In this document: piece after piece, positions 1-13,470 of the stretch
Position numbering within the stretch: the stretch's first letter is position 1
Layout of the letters: each line of letters opens with the position of its first letter
From: Armatimonadota bacterium
Lineage (GTDB): Bacteria; Armatimonadota; UBA5829; DTLH01
Reading direction: 5' to 3'
NCBI GenBank assembly: GCA_039680575.1
Contig: JBDKSP010000023.1
Span: forward strand, 35,311 to 99,310
DNA length: 64,000 nt
The notes under the pieces: generated by a model
What the model was told of the DNA's origin: nothing
Databases searched by the model: none
The model's input: the letters and a program-made list of their open reading frames with translations, nothing else
Position numbers and translations under genes: made by a program

Positions 1-1
1 C

Positions 2-1306
2 CTGGTCCGGTCTACCGGCAAGAGGATGTGGTATCTGAACGACCCGATAGAGGACGATCCCAACCGCTGCTGGGCGGATTATAAGCGGAACTGGGAGTCC
101 ACCCTCGTGGCGTCCCTCCTCTGGCCGGATGTCTGCCGGTTCGAGGTCATGCCATGGCCTGCGCGCGTGTTTACCCACCCGTATCCTGTCAAAGAGGAAC
201 AGGAGCGCAAGCCCGGGGAGGATGTCGAACGCGAGTTTATCCCGGCCGGATACGCGACCGAGGTCATCAACGTAGCAAACGAGCTGAATAACATGGACCA
301 GGAAGAAATCACCTGGGACTGCGGGACCAGAGGATTAGGTGTGCTGGTATCCGATACGATGATGTTCCAGCGTGGAGAGCCGCGCTTTGGAGACGGATGC
401 CTTGGATCGTTTTTCGGGCTCGCAATGCCGCTTATCAAGCATGGCGCGCCTGTCGAGCCGGTACAGCTCGAAAACGCGGTTATTTCGGACTACCTGAAGC
501 CGTACAAGGTGCTCTTCCTTACCTGCGAAGGGATGAAACCGCCCATTCCCGAACTGCACGATGCGCTTGCTGGCTGGGTCAAGTCGGGCGGCGTGCTGGT
601 CTTCGTCGACGACGATAAAGACCCGTATAACGGTGTAAAGGAATGGTGGAACACTTCTCCGTTCAAATATACGGCTCCACGGCAGCACCTGTTCGAAAAG
701 CTCGGTGTGTCTGAAGAAGGGACGCATCAGGTCGGCAAGGGTTATGTCATATACGCCGCAGTCAGCCCGGATTCCCTTTCCCGAAGCAAAGAGGGCAAAG
801 AGAAGACTCTGGAACTTGCGAAGAGCGCATGCAGCCTCTCCGGCCTGGAATGGCGCGAAAGGGCATACATGCTGCTTCGGCGGGGGCCTTATGTCATCGG
901 AGCAGCGTTGGATGAGACAGATGGACTGCCTCAGCGCAAGCTCAATGGGTCGTTTATGAACCTGTTCAGCCCGAGCCTTGAGATTCTCGACTCGGTTTCG
1001 ATGGTACCGGGTTCGAGATGGTTCCTTCTGGACATGGACAAAGTGGACCGGACGAAACCCAAAGTGTTGGCCTCTGCCTCGAAGGTGCTCGACGTGAACA
1101 TCGGGCAGGAGAGCATTGATTTCCATTCAGAGGGGCCTGCCGGAGTAGTCTGCGCGGCCAGAATAGCCATTCCGAGGCCGCCGAAAGATGCGCTGGTCGA
1201 TGGCGAGGCTAAGAATGTGAGCGCGAAGTGGGACGAAGGCTCGAAAACGCTCCTCCTTACCTACGATAACTCGCCAAAGGGGCGCAGGGTGAAGGTTTCT
1301 TTTTGA
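2..1306 (+). CDS. Hypothetical protein, 5'-truncated by the window edge; possible beta-galactosidase trimerisation/class I GATase-like domain
   Basis: Frame is open from base 2. 'YKVLFL...LAGWVKSGGVLV' resembles trimerisation-domain motifs. Confidence 0.5.
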   Translation: MVRSTGKRMWYLNDPIEDDPNRCWADYKRNWESTLVASLLWPDVCRFEVMPWPARVFTHPYPVKEEQERKPGEDVEREFIPAGYATEVINVANELNNMDQEEITWDCGTRGLGVLVSDTMMFQRGEPRFGDGCLGSFFGLAMPLIKHGAPVEPVQLENAVISDYLKPYKVLFLTCEGMKPPIPELHDALAGWVKSGGVLVFVDDDKDPYNGVKEWWNTSPFKYTAPRQHLFEKLGVSEEGTHQVGKGYVIYAAVSPDSLSRSKEGKEKTLELAKSACSLSGLEWRERAYMLLRRGPYVIGAALDETDGLPQRKLNGSFMNLFSPSLEILDSVSMVPGSRWFLLDMDKVDRTKPKVLASASKVLDVNIGQESIDFHSEGPAGVVCAARIAIPRPPKDALVDGEAKNVSAKWDEGSKTLLLTYDNSPKGRRVKVSF

Positions 1307-1445
1307 ACCGCGGAGACGCGGAATAAAGGGAAACGCGGAAGGTAGAGATTTACAGCATTTATTCTTATGCTTTTATGCTTCTGGACCGCAGTTCATCCCG
1401 AAGCACGGCATCCACCAATCCCCTTTCGCGCACTTCGCGATTCAG
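1307..1445. repeat. Intergenic palindromic (REP/MITE-like) repeat, copy 1
   Basis: Shares CATCCCGAAGCACG.CATCCAC with ~7640 and CCGAAG...TCCACCAATCCC with ~18545. ATGCTTCTGGACCGCAGTTCATC is a near reverse complement of GATGAACTACGGTCTCGAAGCAT at ~7582. Confidence 0.65.
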
Positions 1446-1463
1446 ATCGCTGACAGCTAAGGC

Positions 1464-2348
1464 TCAGTTTTTATAAGTGATTGTTTGCCAGTTGATCTGA
1501 ACATCTTCCTTTTTCTGCTTGCCCTTGGTATTACTGACCTCGAATACTTTCTTTTCTATCCAGTTGCAGTATTTATCATACTTGTAGGCTGTGATCGTAT
1601 GGCCGATGAGTTTACTGCCGTAATACACCTTCGATTCCACCGGATTGGCGTTATCATCGTATGTCATTATTGCTGTCGTAACTTTGCCGGTAGTCTTCGA
1701 TATTACTGTGCAACAGGTTATTTTGCCTTTGGAGTTATACTTATAGGCGAGATTCGTACTGCCAGTGGTTTTACCGTTAAAGCGGGCAATGTTCTCTATC
1801 GGCAGATTGCGGTCATTCAGGTAGGTAAGGGTTTCAGCGCAGTCTGTATTCGGCTTAGGCTTACGGTGGAGTAATTGTTTTATCTTATCAAGCCAATTCT
1901 GCGATACAAGTTTACCATTGCCGTCGGAACTAATAGAGGTTCTTTCGGTGATCAGGCGTTTTGCCGGGTCGTATGTTATCTCTGTGCGTACCGGTATATT
2001 CTGCCAGGACATGTAAGAGATCTCTTCGGTGAGTTCTCCCCTGCTATTATAGTTGTAGACATCGGTTGATTTACTCTGGTATTTACTGGCTGGTTTTACA
2101 CTCTTCAATATTCTACCGTTTCCATCGTAAGTTAAGATAGCACTTTGATCCATCCATCCGAAATCTCTCTTTGTACTACCATCCACCCGAACCTCTATAA
2201 CATGCCCACGGATATCTGGTTCTCGAGCCGTCGCTTGAATAGCCAGCGGTATTCCATGGACCGTATTCTGCTTGCTGAAATACACGAGTAGCCCGCCAAG
2301 TATCAATATGACAATCAGCGGGATGAGGAATATCTTTGTTCTTTTCAC
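1464..2348 (-). CDS. Membrane-anchored/secreted protein with YD/RHS-like repeats
   Basis: N-terminal hydrophobic helix; repeated 'TYDGNG', 'YNYNSRG', 'YKYNSKG', 'YKYDKYCNW'; AT-rich. Confidence 0.6.
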   Translation of the reverse strand: MKRTKIFLIPLIVILILGGLLVYFSKQNTVHGIPLAIQATAREPDIRGHVIEVRVDGSTKRDFGWMDQSAILTYDGNGRILKSVKPASKYQSKSTDVYNYNSRGELTEEISYMSWQNIPVRTEITYDPAKRLITERTSISSDGNGKLVSQNWLDKIKQLLHRKPKPNTDCAETLTYLNDRNLPIENIARFNGKTTGSTNLAYKYNSKGKITCCTVISKTTGKVTTAIMTYDDNANPVESKVYYGSKLIGHTITAYKYDKYCNWIEKKVFEVSNTKGKQKKEDVQINWQTITYKN

Positions 2349-2453
2349 AGATTGGCCTCCGGCAGAATCAGAAATAGATTGCTCTGAGTATATGCACGCA
2401 AGCTCGATTAGTCAAGAATTTCCTGTTTTTCGAACACTGAACCTCAAATTTTC

Positions 2454-2482
2454 TTGACACGGCTCAGCCGGGATGGTATAAT
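2454..2482 (+). promoter_or_regulatory. Sigma70 promoter of the pyr operon
   Basis: TTGACA (2454-2459), 17-bp spacer, TATAAT (2477-2482) with an extended TGn. Confidence 0.85.
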
Positions 2483-2496
2483 GCCCAAAATAAAGA

Positions 2497-4119
<1,623 letters not shown>

Positions 4120-4136
<17 letters not shown>

Positions 4137-5445
4137 AGGCGGAAGGGTAATTGACCCGTCGCAAGGTATTGATGATATCGCCGACGTGCTGGTCCGTGAC
4201 GGTGTTATCGCCGGGACAGGCAAGATCGAGCTCGAGTCGATGGACGGCGCTCCTGGAGAAGTCTACGATGTGACCGGCAAAGTTGTTGCGCCGGGGCTTA
4301 TCGACATGCACGTCCACCTGAGAGAACCGGGCGATGAGCATAAAGAGACCATAGCGACAGGCGCTGCCGCTGCCGCCGCCGGAGGGTTCACGACGATTGT
4401 CGCTATGCCGAACACGCATCCGGCCCCCGACAGCCGCGCCGTAGTCGACCTGATTACAACAGAAGGCAAGAAAACACGCGTGAACGTCCTCTGCTGCGGA
4501 GCATTGACGAAGAACATGGCCGGTGAAGAGATGGCCGAGCTTGGCGAGATCGTCGAGGCCGGAGCGGTCGCCGCATCGGACGACGGATTCCCGATCCAGA
4601 ACTCGCTCGTTATGCGCCGGGTAATGGAGTATGCAGGGATGCTAAATATCCCCGTGCTTGTCCACTGCGAGGACAAGGCTCTTACAGCAGGCGCGGTCAT
4701 GAACGAGGGGATAGTCTCCACGGTCGTCGGGCTGAGAGGTATGCCCGCTGCCGCCGAAGTCAGTATGATCGAGCGGAACATCCTACTTGCCGAGCTTGCG
4801 GGCTGCCGGCTGCACATACAGCATGTTTCCTGTGCCGCTTCGGTCGATGTCATCCGGCTTGCGAAGGCTCGCGGCGTGAAAGTGACATGTGAGACCTGTC
4901 CTCAGTATTTCACGCTGACTGACGAAGTCTTGGCCGATTACGATACCAACACGAAGATGAACCCGCCGCTTCGCACCGCCGCCGATGTAGAGGCTATCAA
5001 GGCAGGGCTTGCCGACGGGACAATCGATGTGATCGCAACCGACCACGCGCCGCACTCTCTCGAGGATAAAGAGGTCGAGATGACCGTAGCCGCGTTTGGA
5101 ATAGTCGGGCTTGAGACTGCGCTGCCGCTTGTCGTGACTAAGCTGGTGGATGACGGGGTTATGAGCCTCTCGGACGCCATCGAAAAGCTGACGGCAAGAC
5201 CGGCTGAAGTGCTCGGAATCAACCGCGGCACGTTAGACATCGGCGCGCCAGCCGACATAGTGGTTTTCGATCCTGAAGAAGAGATTACAGTCCAGGCATC
5301 GAAGTTCAAATCTATGGGACGAAATACTCCCTTCGACGGCTGGAAGCTGAAAGGCGCTGTAATCGCAACAATCGCAGGCGGGAAAGTAGCGTACGGGAAA
5401 CTGGGGACAGAGAGCAAAGAGCAGGTAATACTTGAGCACGCTTGA
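4120..5445 (+). CDS. pyrC: Dihydroorotase
   Basis: [24 protein letters not shown] at 4120 follows GGAGG. Confidence 0.96.
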
Positions 5446-5653
5446 GATACTGCTGATAGTTGTACTGGGCATGATCCTTCTTACGTGGATTGTGATCTTG
5501 GTTACCGCATGGTTGATGGTGCGGAGGATCAAGGCGACCGTGAGAGGCCTTTTGGATGCGTACCGTGGACTGGCCGATCTCGGTACGCAGATCCGTGATC
5601 TTGGCAGAGCAGTAAGTGAGTTGAAAAAGGACCGAAACAGGAGGGTCGGATAA
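5432..5653 (+). CDS. Small membrane protein (one TM helix plus coiled coil)
   Basis: Overlaps the pyrC stop, ends 1 nt before pyrE, hydrophobic N-terminus. Confidence 0.55.
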   Translation: MSTLEILLIVVLGMILLTWIVILVTAWLMVRRIKATVRGLLDAYRGLADLGTQIRDLGRAVSELKKDRNRRVG

Positions 5654-5654
5654 C

Positions 5655-6251
5655 GTGGACGAGCTTTATACCCAACTTTTTGAAGCCGGATGTATCAAAT
5701 TCGGTGAGTTCAAGCTGAAAAGCGGGATCATGTCCCCGGTTTACGTCGATTTTCGCGTACTGGTGAGCAGCCCGTCGCTCCTTAAGCTGGTCGGGGAGAA
5801 GCTCGCGGCCAAACTGGACGGCCTTGAGTTCGACAGAATCGCTGCCCTGCCTTATGCCGGTATGCCGATAGGTGTCGCGGCGTCGCTTGCGGCGAATGTC
5901 CCGATGATCTACCCTCGAAAAGAGGCCAAAAACTACGGCACGGCGAAGCTGATCGAAGGCAAGTTCGAGCCGGGCGAGAAAGTAGTAGTCATAGACGACG
6001 TCATAACCGACGGCGGCGCGAAACTCGAAGCCATCAAGCCGATGGAAGAAGCCGGTCTTGTCGTGAAAGACGTTGTAATTATCCTGGACCGCGAGCAGGG
6101 CGGAAAGAAGATACTGGCTGATGCCGGTTACGCTCTTCACTCGGTCATGACGCTGACCGAAGCGCTGGACGCGCTCACAAAACTCGGAAAAGTAACGGAA
6201 GAAGTCCGCCAGGAGACACTGGCGTTTATAAAAGCTAATCAGTTCGTTTGA
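5655..6251 (+). CDS. pyrE: Orotate phosphoribosyltransferase
   Basis: FGEFKLKSG, RKEAKNYG, VVIDDVITDGG. Confidence 0.95.
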   Translation: MDELYTQLFEAGCIKFGEFKLKSGIMSPVYVDFRVLVSSPSLLKLVGEKLAAKLDGLEFDRIAALPYAGMPIGVAASLAANVPMIYPRKEAKNYGTAKLIEGKFEPGEKVVVIDDVITDGGAKLEAIKPMEEAGLVVKDVVIILDREQGGKKILADAGYALHSVMTLTEALDALTKLGKVTEEVRQETLAFIKANQFV

Positions 6252-6331
6252 TCACGAGAACACGAAATAAGAAACAGAAGCAAACACCGTAGGTGTCGGA
6301 AATCCTAATTCCCTTTTCTTCCTTTCGTGAT
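6252..6331. repeat. Short ATCACGA...TTTCGTGAT palindromic repeat
   Basis: Terminal inverted arms resembling those at 7493-7691. Confidence 0.5.
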
Positions 6332-6356
6332 AAAAAGAAATTCCCGGAGGGGATCG

Positions 6357-7493
6357 TTGAAAGCAATACTTACACTCGAAGACGGCACGACGTACGAGGG
6401 GACATCCATCGGTATTCCCGGAACTACGTTTGGTGAGGCCGTCTTTTCCACATCTATGACCGGCTATCAGGAGATGCTGACCGACCCAAGCTACGGCGGC
6501 CAGCTTTTGACTCTCACATATCCACTTATAGGCAACTACGGAGTGACCGATGCGGACTTCGAGTCCGGGAAAGTCCAGGCTGCCGGGTTTATTGTAAAGC
6601 AGATGTGCGACGAGCCCTCCAACTGGCGAAGTACGGGGAGCCTCCAGGACTTCCTCGTGAAAAACAACGTGGTAGGAATCCAGGGGATAGACACCCGCGC
6701 CCTGACCAGGCACTTGAGGGTCCGCGGGGTCATGATGGGCTCGATTTCGACAGAGTACACCGCGGGTGAACTGATCGAGAAGATAAAGGAGCAGCCGAAC
6801 TACTCCAAAATCGACTTCGTCCGCAGGGTCACGACTCCAGAGGTCTACGAATGGATGGGAGATGCCGAAGTCGAAGCCAATCGAGGCAACGCCCTTCCCG
6901 GAAGCCCTATTCCTAGGCCGGACGGCCCGAGGATCGCGCTTGTCGACTGCGGCGTAAAGCGGAATATTATGAGAAACCTCGCTTCGCTCGGCTGCCGGAT
7001 CACCGTGTTCCCCTGCTACGCAAAGGCGGAAGAGATTCTGGCGATAGACCCCGCCGGGGTAGTCATTTCTCCCGGCCCTGGCGACCCTGAAATGCTCGGC
7101 TATATGGTAGATGAGGTCAAAAAGCTGATCGGTAAAAAGCCGATTCTGGGCATCTGTCTAGGCCACCAACTCCTGGCATGGGCGTTTGGAGGCAGGACAT
7201 TCAAACTGAAGTTTGGTCACAGAGGAGGAAACCATCCGGTCAAAGACCTTATGACCGGACGGGTCTACATAACGAGCCAGAACCATGGTTATGCGGTCGA
7301 TGCCGACTCCCTCACAGGTAAAGGCATAGACGCGACGATGATTAATTTGAACGACGGGACGGTCGAGGGGCTTACGCACAAAGAGCTCCCAATCTTCTCG
7401 ATGCAGTACCACCCCGAGGCCTCACCCGGTCCCAGGGACAGTGCGTATAATTTCCGACGATTCTTCGAGGTAGTAAAAGCGGTGGATTTATAA
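6357..7493 (+). CDS. carA: Carbamoyl-phosphate synthase small subunit
   Basis: TGYQE...DPSY, GICLGHQ, QNHG, QYHPEASPGP; TTG start after GGAGG. Confidence 0.96.
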   Translation: MKAILTLEDGTTYEGTSIGIPGTTFGEAVFSTSMTGYQEMLTDPSYGGQLLTLTYPLIGNYGVTDADFESGKVQAAGFIVKQMCDEPSNWRSTGSLQDFLVKNNVVGIQGIDTRALTRHLRVRGVMMGSISTEYTAGELIEKIKEQPNYSKIDFVRRVTTPEVYEWMGDAEVEANRGNALPGSPIPRPDGPRIALVDCGVKRNIMRNLASLGCRITVFPCYAKAEEILAIDPAGVVISPGPGDPEMLGYMVDEVKKLIGKKPILGICLGHQLLAWAFGGRTFKLKFGHRGGNHPVKDLMTGRVYITSQNHGYAVDADSLTGKGIDATMINLNDGTVEGLTHKELPIFSMQYHPEASPGPRDSAYNFRRFFEVVKAVDL

Positions 7494-7691
7494 TCACGAA
7501 AGCACGAAATTAGGAAAACACGAAATAGGGACAGAGGGAATGGTGGAGACTTGTGCTTCTCCCCGTGTGCCCACGGGGTAAGATGAACTACGGTCTCGAA
7601 GCATAGGGTAGGAGGAATCTATTATGCTTCGGGATAACATCCCGAAGCACGACATCCACTAGTTCTTTCTTCCTTTCGCGTTTTCGTGATA
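7493..7691. repeat. Nested intergenic palindromic repeat, copy 2
   Basis: Outer ATCACGAAAGCACGAAA...TTTCGCGTTTTCGTGAT arms enclose a GGTGGAGA...TGCTTCGGGATAACATCCCGAAGCA...CATCCAC unit. Confidence 0.65.
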
Positions 7692-7715
7692 AGGAACCTT
7701 GCCTAAGGAGTAACA

Positions 7716-10700
7716 ATGCCAAAGAGTGATAATATTAAAAAGGTTATGGTCATAGGGTCCGGGCCGATTGTGATCGGGCAGGCGGCGGAGTTCGACTATG
7801 CAGGGACGCAGGCCTGTACGGCGCTCAGGGAAGAGGGGATCGAGGTCGTTTTGATGAACTCGAACCCGGCTACGATCATGACCGATACGGAGATTGCCGA
7901 TAAGGTCTACATCGAGCCGCTGAACGTCGAGTTTGCCACAAAGATCATAGAGCAGGAGCGGCCTGACGGGCTTTTGCCCACTCTTGGCGGACAGACTGGT
8001 CTGAACCTTGCTACCCGGCTTGCGAACCAGGGCGTGCTGGAGAAATATGACGTGAAGCTGCTTGGCACCCCGCTTTCCGCCATTCGGATGGCTGAAGACA
8101 GGGAAGAGTTCCGTCAGCTTATGCGCCGGATAGATGAACCAGTCCCTGAGAGCTGGATAGTCGAAAACATCGATGACCTTAAAGCCATTTTGACCAGGAA
8201 TCCCCACTTTCCGCTCATCGTTCGACCTGCTTACACACTTGGCGGGACCGGCGGAGGCATTGCGCACAACGCTGATGAGCTGATCGAGATCGGCAGCCGG
8301 GGCTTGAAGCTCTCCATGCGGAGCCAGGTAATGATAGAGCGCAGTCTCATCGGCTGGAAAGAGATCGAATACGAAGTGATGCGGGACGGCGCGGACAACT
8401 GCATCACCGTCTGTAACATGGAAAACTTCGACCCGATGGGTGTGCATACGGGCGACTCCATCGTAATCGCTCCTTCGCAGACTCTTTCGGACAAAGAGTA
8501 CCAGATGCTCCGCAGCACCTCGCTCAAGATCATCCGCGCGCTCGGAATCGAGGGCGGATGTAACGTCCAGCTTGCCCTTAACCCGAAGAGCTTCGAATAT
8601 TATGTGATCGAGGTAAACCCAAGGGTCAGCCGGTCTTCGGCGCTTGCATCGAAGGCCACAGGATACCCAATCGCCCGTGTTGCAGCGAAGATCGCGGCCG
8701 GGCTCACGCTCGACGAGATCCCGAACGCCGTTACGAAGAAGACTCTTGCCTGCTTCGAGCCTGCGCTCGACTATGTAGTCGTCAAGATCCCGCGCTGGCC
8801 GTTCGATAAGTTCTCCCAGGCCGACCGCACCATCGGGACTCAGATGAAAGCGACCGGAGAGGTCATGTCGATAGACCGGACATTCGAGGCTGCGCTCATG
8901 AAGGCTGTGAGGTCGCTTGAGATAGGGATGTACTCGCTCAAGCCCAAACATGCCGACCTTTTGAGTGACATGGACATCGAAGAAGGGCTCAAAACCGCGA
9001 CGGACGAGCGGTTGTTCATCGTGGCTGAGGCGCTTCGCCGGGGGATGATGGTCGATGAGATCGCGGACCTCTCCAACATCGATCCCTGGTTTCTCAACAA
9101 GATTAAAGGCATAGTCGACCTGGAAAACGAGCTGAAATCGTCGGCTGAGAGCGTCCTGGCGATAGGCTCAGGACAGTCCGAAAGCAGCGCAATTGAGCTT
9201 TTGAGAAAGGCGAAGGAACTGCGGTTCCCGGACAAGTTGATAAGCGATCTTACCGGCATCGGTGACAGGTACCTCAGATGGCTTGCCAGAAAGTACAACT
9301 TGCGCCCGACTTATAAGATGGTGGATACCTGCGCTGCCGAGTTCGAAGCTGCGACACCTTACTTCTACTCCTGTGCCGAGGAAGAAGACGAAGCGGAATG
9401 TGTAGATAGGGAACAGGACCGGCCGGTCCCTGCCAGAAAGGCCATCGTCATCGGCTCCGGGCCTATAAGGATCGGGCAGGGGATCGAGTTTGATTACTGC
9501 AGCGTGCACTGCGTACTTGCGCTGAGAGATGCCGGGTATAAGTCGATCATCATAAACAACAACCCAGAGACGGTCTCGACCGACTTCGACACATCCGACA
9601 AGCTCTACTTCGAGCCGCTTACGGCGGAGGATGTGATGAATATTATCGACGAAGAGCATCCCGATGGCGTCATTGTGCAGTTCGGCGGCCAGACAGCGAT
9701 CAACCTCGCTGGTCCGCTGCACCAGGCTGGAGTCCCGATATTCGGGTCGAGTTATGAATCGATCGAGCTCGCCGAAGACAGAGACAAGTTTGAGCGGATA
9801 CTAAGAGAGCTTTCGATTCCGAAGCCAGACGGCCGCGCTGTGACATGCGCCGAGGATGCGGTGCAGGTGGCCGAGGAGATCGGCTATCCGGTTTTGGTGA
9901 GACCGAGCTGGGTGCTCGGCGGCCGGGCGATGGAGATCATCTACAACCGGCTGGAACTGCTTTCGTATATGGCTTACGTCGTGGAGGTCTCGCCGGAAGC
10001 GCCTATCCTCGTCGATAAATACATCGTCGGCAAAGAAGTGGAAGTGGATGTCATCTCGGACGGTGTTGATTGCCTGATTCCGGGGATTATGGAGCACATC
10101 GAGCGGGCTGGGGTGCATTCCGGCGACTCGATGGCCGTATGCCCGCCGCAGACGCTCTCACAGGATGTCATCAACCAGATTGTCGACCATTCGATCAAGC
10201 TCGCCGGGGCGCTCGAAGTCAAGGGGCTGATGAACATCCAGTACGTCGTAGACGATGGCCTCGTCCAGGTGATAGAGGTCAACCCGCGCGCGAGCCGCAC
10301 GGTACCGTATCTCTCGAAAATCACCGGCGTGCCGATGATCAAGGTTGCAACGAATATCATCCTCGGCCAGAGCCTGATATCGCAGGGCTACGGGACCGGG
10401 CTTTACCAGAAACAGCCCAGTCTGGCCGTGAAGGCGCCGGTCTTCTCCTTCCAGAAGCTGACTGAAGTGGATATTTCGCTTGGGCCTGAGATGAAATCGA
10501 CCGGCGAGATAATGGGGATCGATACGGACTACTCTCGCGCTCTCTACAAGGCGATGGTCGCGGCCGGAATCGATGTGCCGCTTGAGGGAAGCCTCATCGC
10601 AACGATTGCAGACCAGGACAAGGATGAGGCACTGCCGATCATCAGGCAATTTTCCGAGCTGGGTTACAGAATATACTCCACCGGAGGCACCGCTAGCTTC

Positions 10701-11012
10701 CTGAAGTCGAACGGCATCGAAGCGACGACGGTCCACAAGATCAGCGACGGAGAGTCTCCGAACCTGCTGGACCTGGTACGGGGCGGCAAGGTAGAACTTC
10801 TGATAAACACGATGTCGAAAGACAAAAAGACGGAGATGGAGGCCGCGATAATCCGAAAAGCCAGCGTCCAGCACGGCATCCCGTGCATGACATCGCTCGA
10901 TACGGCTAAAGCGCTCCTTTGTGCCTTGTCCGCCAAACGAAACGGCGAGCGGTTCGAGTGCTTGACGATAGACAAGTATCTTGGAAACGGCCGGGCAGCG
11001 AAGAAGTCCTGA
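7716..11012 (+). CDS. carB: Carbamoyl-phosphate synthase large subunit
   Basis: [15 protein letters not shown], duplicated ATP-grasp domains, C-terminal MGS domain. Confidence 0.98.
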   Translation: MPKSDNIKKVMVIGSGPIVIGQAAEFDYAGTQACTALREEGIEVVLMNSNPATIMTDTEIADKVYIEPLNVEFATKIIEQERPDGLLPTLGGQTGLNLATRLANQGVLEKYDVKLLGTPLSAIRMAEDREEFRQLMRRIDEPVPESWIVENIDDLKAILTRNPHFPLIVRPAYTLGGTGGGIAHNADELIEIGSRGLKLSMRSQVMIERSLIGWKEIEYEVMRDGADNCITVCNMENFDPMGVHTGDSIVIAPSQTLSDKEYQMLRSTSLKIIRALGIEGGCNVQLALNPKSFEYYVIEVNPRVSRSSALASKATGYPIARVAAKIAAGLTLDEIPNAVTKKTLACFEPALDYVVVKIPRWPFDKFSQADRTIGTQMKATGEVMSIDRTFEAALMKAVRSLEIGMYSLKPKHADLLSDMDIEEGLKTATDERLFIVAEALRRGMMVDEIADLSNIDPWFLNKIKGIVDLENELKSSAESVLAIGSGQSESSAIELLRKAKELRFPDKLISDLTGIGDRYLRWLARKYNLRPTYKMVDTCAAEFEAATPYFYSCAEEEDEAECVDREQDRPVPARKAIVIGSGPIRIGQGIEFDYCSVHCVLALRDAGYKSIIINNNPETVSTDFDTSDKLYFEPLTAEDVMNIIDEEHPDGVIVQFGGQTAINLAGPLHQAGVPIFGSSYESIELAEDRDKFERILRELSIPKPDGRAVTCAEDAVQVAEEIGYPVLVRPSWVLGGRAMEIIYNRLELLSYMAYVVEVSPEAPILVDKYIVGKEVEVDVISDGVDCLIPGIMEHIERAGVHSGDSMAVCPPQTLSQDVINQIVDHSIKLAGALEVKGLMNIQYVVDDGLVQVIEVNPRASRTVPYLSKITGVPMIKVATNIILGQSLISQGYGTGLYQKQPSLAVKAPVFSFQKLTEVDISLGPEMKSTGEIMGIDTDYSRALYKAMVAAGIDVPLEGSLIATIADQDKDEALPIIRQFSELGYRIYSTGGTASFLKSNGIEATTVHKISDGESPNLLDLVRGGKVELLINTMSKDKKTEMEAAIIRKASVQHGIPCMTSLDTAKALLCALSAKRNGERFECLTIDKYLGNGRAAKKS

Positions 11013-11046
11013 TTGAGTAAGAGTTCACTCTTGCAAGAATTATATA

Positions 11047-11214
11047 TCACCCTGAACAGCCAGCACGTCACCCTGAACTAAGGAGTTTCAGGTAATACCT
11101 GAAACTCTCCCCGGAAGATTTTCGGCTATAGCCGAAAACCCATAGATTCAGGGTCCATTTTCTTCCTGGATGCTGAGTCAAGCTCAGGGTGACGTTGTGA
11201 TAATTCAGCATGAT
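11047..11214. repeat. GTCACCCTGAAC...CTCAGGGTGAC REP-like palindromic element
   Basis: Nested inverted arms TCACCCTGAAC / TTCAGGGT / CTCAGGGTGAC downstream of carB. Confidence 0.55.
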
Positions 11215-11492
11215 GTTATACTCATCAACTCTCCTAACTAACACGGCGTAGCGTGCTAGTTTTTTGATAACTCGGCGCGCCGGGTGGGACACTGAACTCT
11301 TACCTGATTGACAACCGATAGGCCATAGGCTATAAAGAAGTTAAGCCCGCAGCATTACTTACAGAGTTTCGGCAGTTGATTTGACTGATAATAAATATTT
11401 TTCAGCCGAAACTCTGAGGGCTGTTTTAAGCAGTTTGAAGTAGTGCCCGCGGGCTTTTTTAACAGCCATAGAGAGTCCGGAAGGAGAAAAAG

Positions 11493-12229
11493 ATGAATAG
11501 AATCCAAATGCTGCTGCTCTTCGCGCTTGTGTTTCTCATTGCACTGACCACAATGCCTGCATCGGCGGATACTGCAATGCTGACTATCCATCCCGGTGAA
11601 AACTGGATCTCTCTGCCGCTCGTTCCGCTGAACAATAACCCTGCTGTATTGTTCGCAGGAATCGATATCGACCAAAATCTTGCCAAATTCGACCCATCGA
11701 CACAGACATCAGTGGTATACAATTCCTCGAACCCGGGCAATTTCGGAGGGGGGAGGGCTATATTCTGAACTACACCGGCACAGAGGCAAAAACCGTCTCC
11801 TATGCAGGTGCTCGGGACGGGCTTGGAGACGGGAACGGCAATAATATGACCGATGTGTGGATCAGCCTGGTTAACGAAACCAACTGGATTGGGCATCCGT
11901 TCAACCACATTACCCCTTTCAGCAGTCTTATGGTCACAGACCATGACTCGATGTTAAGTATCGATGAAGCAATCAGCAGGGGATGGCTCGACGGATTATG
12001 GACTACGATGGACAACGAGACGAAAGAGACACATACAGTCGGGCTGTCATCATTGAAGGCGGACGATCTTTACCTCAGACCTGGCTCAATGTACAAAGTG
12101 ACGACCCACGTGGATCAACTCGGCCTAATAATCCATGCATATACCAACGTTCCCGAACCATCGAGCTTCCTTTCTCTTGTCTTTGGCCTTGGCGGAGCTG
12201 GCGGGATGATGTTGAGGAGAAAAAGATAG
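11493..12229 (+). pseudogene. PEP-CTERM surface protein split by a frameshift at a G-run (~11748-11753)
   Basis: ORF1 has a signal peptide. The frame of ORF2 is already open at the G-run (GEGYILNYTGTEAKTVSYAG...MTDVW) and ends in VPEPSS-TM-RRKR. Confidence 0.8.
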
Positions 12230-12262
12230 AGTTGTGGAATACCACAAACATTGAGAACAAGA

Positions 12263-13315
12263 ATGACTGACTTCAGACAAATCATCATTAAGAATCTAGC
12301 ATACTCCCCTGAAATAGTAGAATCACCAGAGGTTATTATCGAGATTGATTCACTTCTCCATCGTGTTGATCAGGCTGGGCACCAGAAGCTTGTTGATAAT
12401 TTTTGCAACCAGACTGATCCAGAGCGTGCCAGAGATTTCCTTCTGGAGTTATGGATTTGCGATTTACTATCCTGTGATAGCAGAGTAGAGAATTTACAAT
12501 ATGAACCTGCAGACGAATCTTTTCCACCAGACTTTAGATTCATGATCGATGGATGTGCATTTGATCTACAAGTTAAACGAATGCATAATGTCAATAATGA
12601 GATCATTAGGCGGCGTTTCAGAAGGGAAATTGAGCGTAGATTATCTTATATTCAGAAGCCATGGTTCATTGACTATTGGCTTTCTGAAAAGTTGCAACCA
12701 AAGCATATAAATGCATTCTTTGACAGCCTAAACAAAAATATCGACCGTAAGAGGCTAACACACAGCAGTGTAAAAGCTTTAATGGCAGAACACTATCGTT
12801 GGAGTCAAGATGGTGTTTTGCTTGTTAAGTATGCATTTAGGCTTAATAATTCAGGTGAACTTGGTATTCAACCAGGTGTTTACCATGGTCCTTGTGGTTG
12901 TATAGACCTTGAAGCCATACGTAAATCTGTAGATAATATATTAAAAAAATCCCGGAAGACTCTTACACATGAGGTTTCCACCACACAATCAAACATAGTT
13001 TTAATTGAAGCAGTTGGAGATGTATGGCTAGATAAGGATACTATGGAGACTTCTTTGTGGGGAGACAGGATTGTCAGGTTGTTTGCACTACAAGATGGCT
13101 CTAGAAAAATGGTTTTGACACATGCGCAGAACGGATTGTTTAGAGATGGTCAGTTTCACAGGATATGCGGTGTAATCTTTATAGATCGAAACGCCAATCC
13201 TATTGATGAAATTTTTAAAGGTTCTTATTTTGCGCATCCAATGCATATTCATAATATAAAGAAACATCCCAAACCGTTTAGCAATATGTCTTTCATCATA
13301 CCTAAAGATTGGTAG
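12263..13315 (+). CDS. AT-rich hypothetical protein, possible PD-(D/E)xK nuclease fold
   Basis: E...PPDF...DLQVK spacing; composition lower in GC than the flanks. Confidence 0.45.
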   Translation: MTDFRQIIIKNLAYSPEIVESPEVIIEIDSLLHRVDQAGHQKLVDNFCNQTDPERARDFLLELWICDLLSCDSRVENLQYEPADESFPPDFRFMIDGCAFDLQVKRMHNVNNEIIRRRFRREIERRLSYIQKPWFIDYWLSEKLQPKHINAFFDSLNKNIDRKRLTHSSVKALMAEHYRWSQDGVLLVKYAFRLNNSGELGIQPGVYHGPCGCIDLEAIRKSVDNILKKSRKTLTHEVSTTQSNIVLIEAVGDVWLDKDTMETSLWGDRIVRLFALQDGSRKMVLTHAQNGLFRDGQFHRICGVIFIDRNANPIDEIFKGSYFAHPMHIHNIKKHPKPFSNMSFIIPKDW

Positions 13316-13413
13316 ATTGGTAATATAGACGATGAATCCATTGCTCGAAGGAAAGATAAACAATGATTTACGCAAGGGGAGTTTTAGTGTCTTGAATAGC
13401 GAGTGTGTATTAT

Positions 13414-13453
13414 AAAAAGAGACGAGGGGGGTTATTGAATCCTCGTCTCTTCT
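13414..13453. terminator. Hairpin terminator between convergent genes
   Basis: AAGAGACGAGG/CCTCGTCTCTT stem with flanking A/T tracts. Confidence 0.6.
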
Positions 13454-13470
13454 ATTGTTATAATAGTTCG

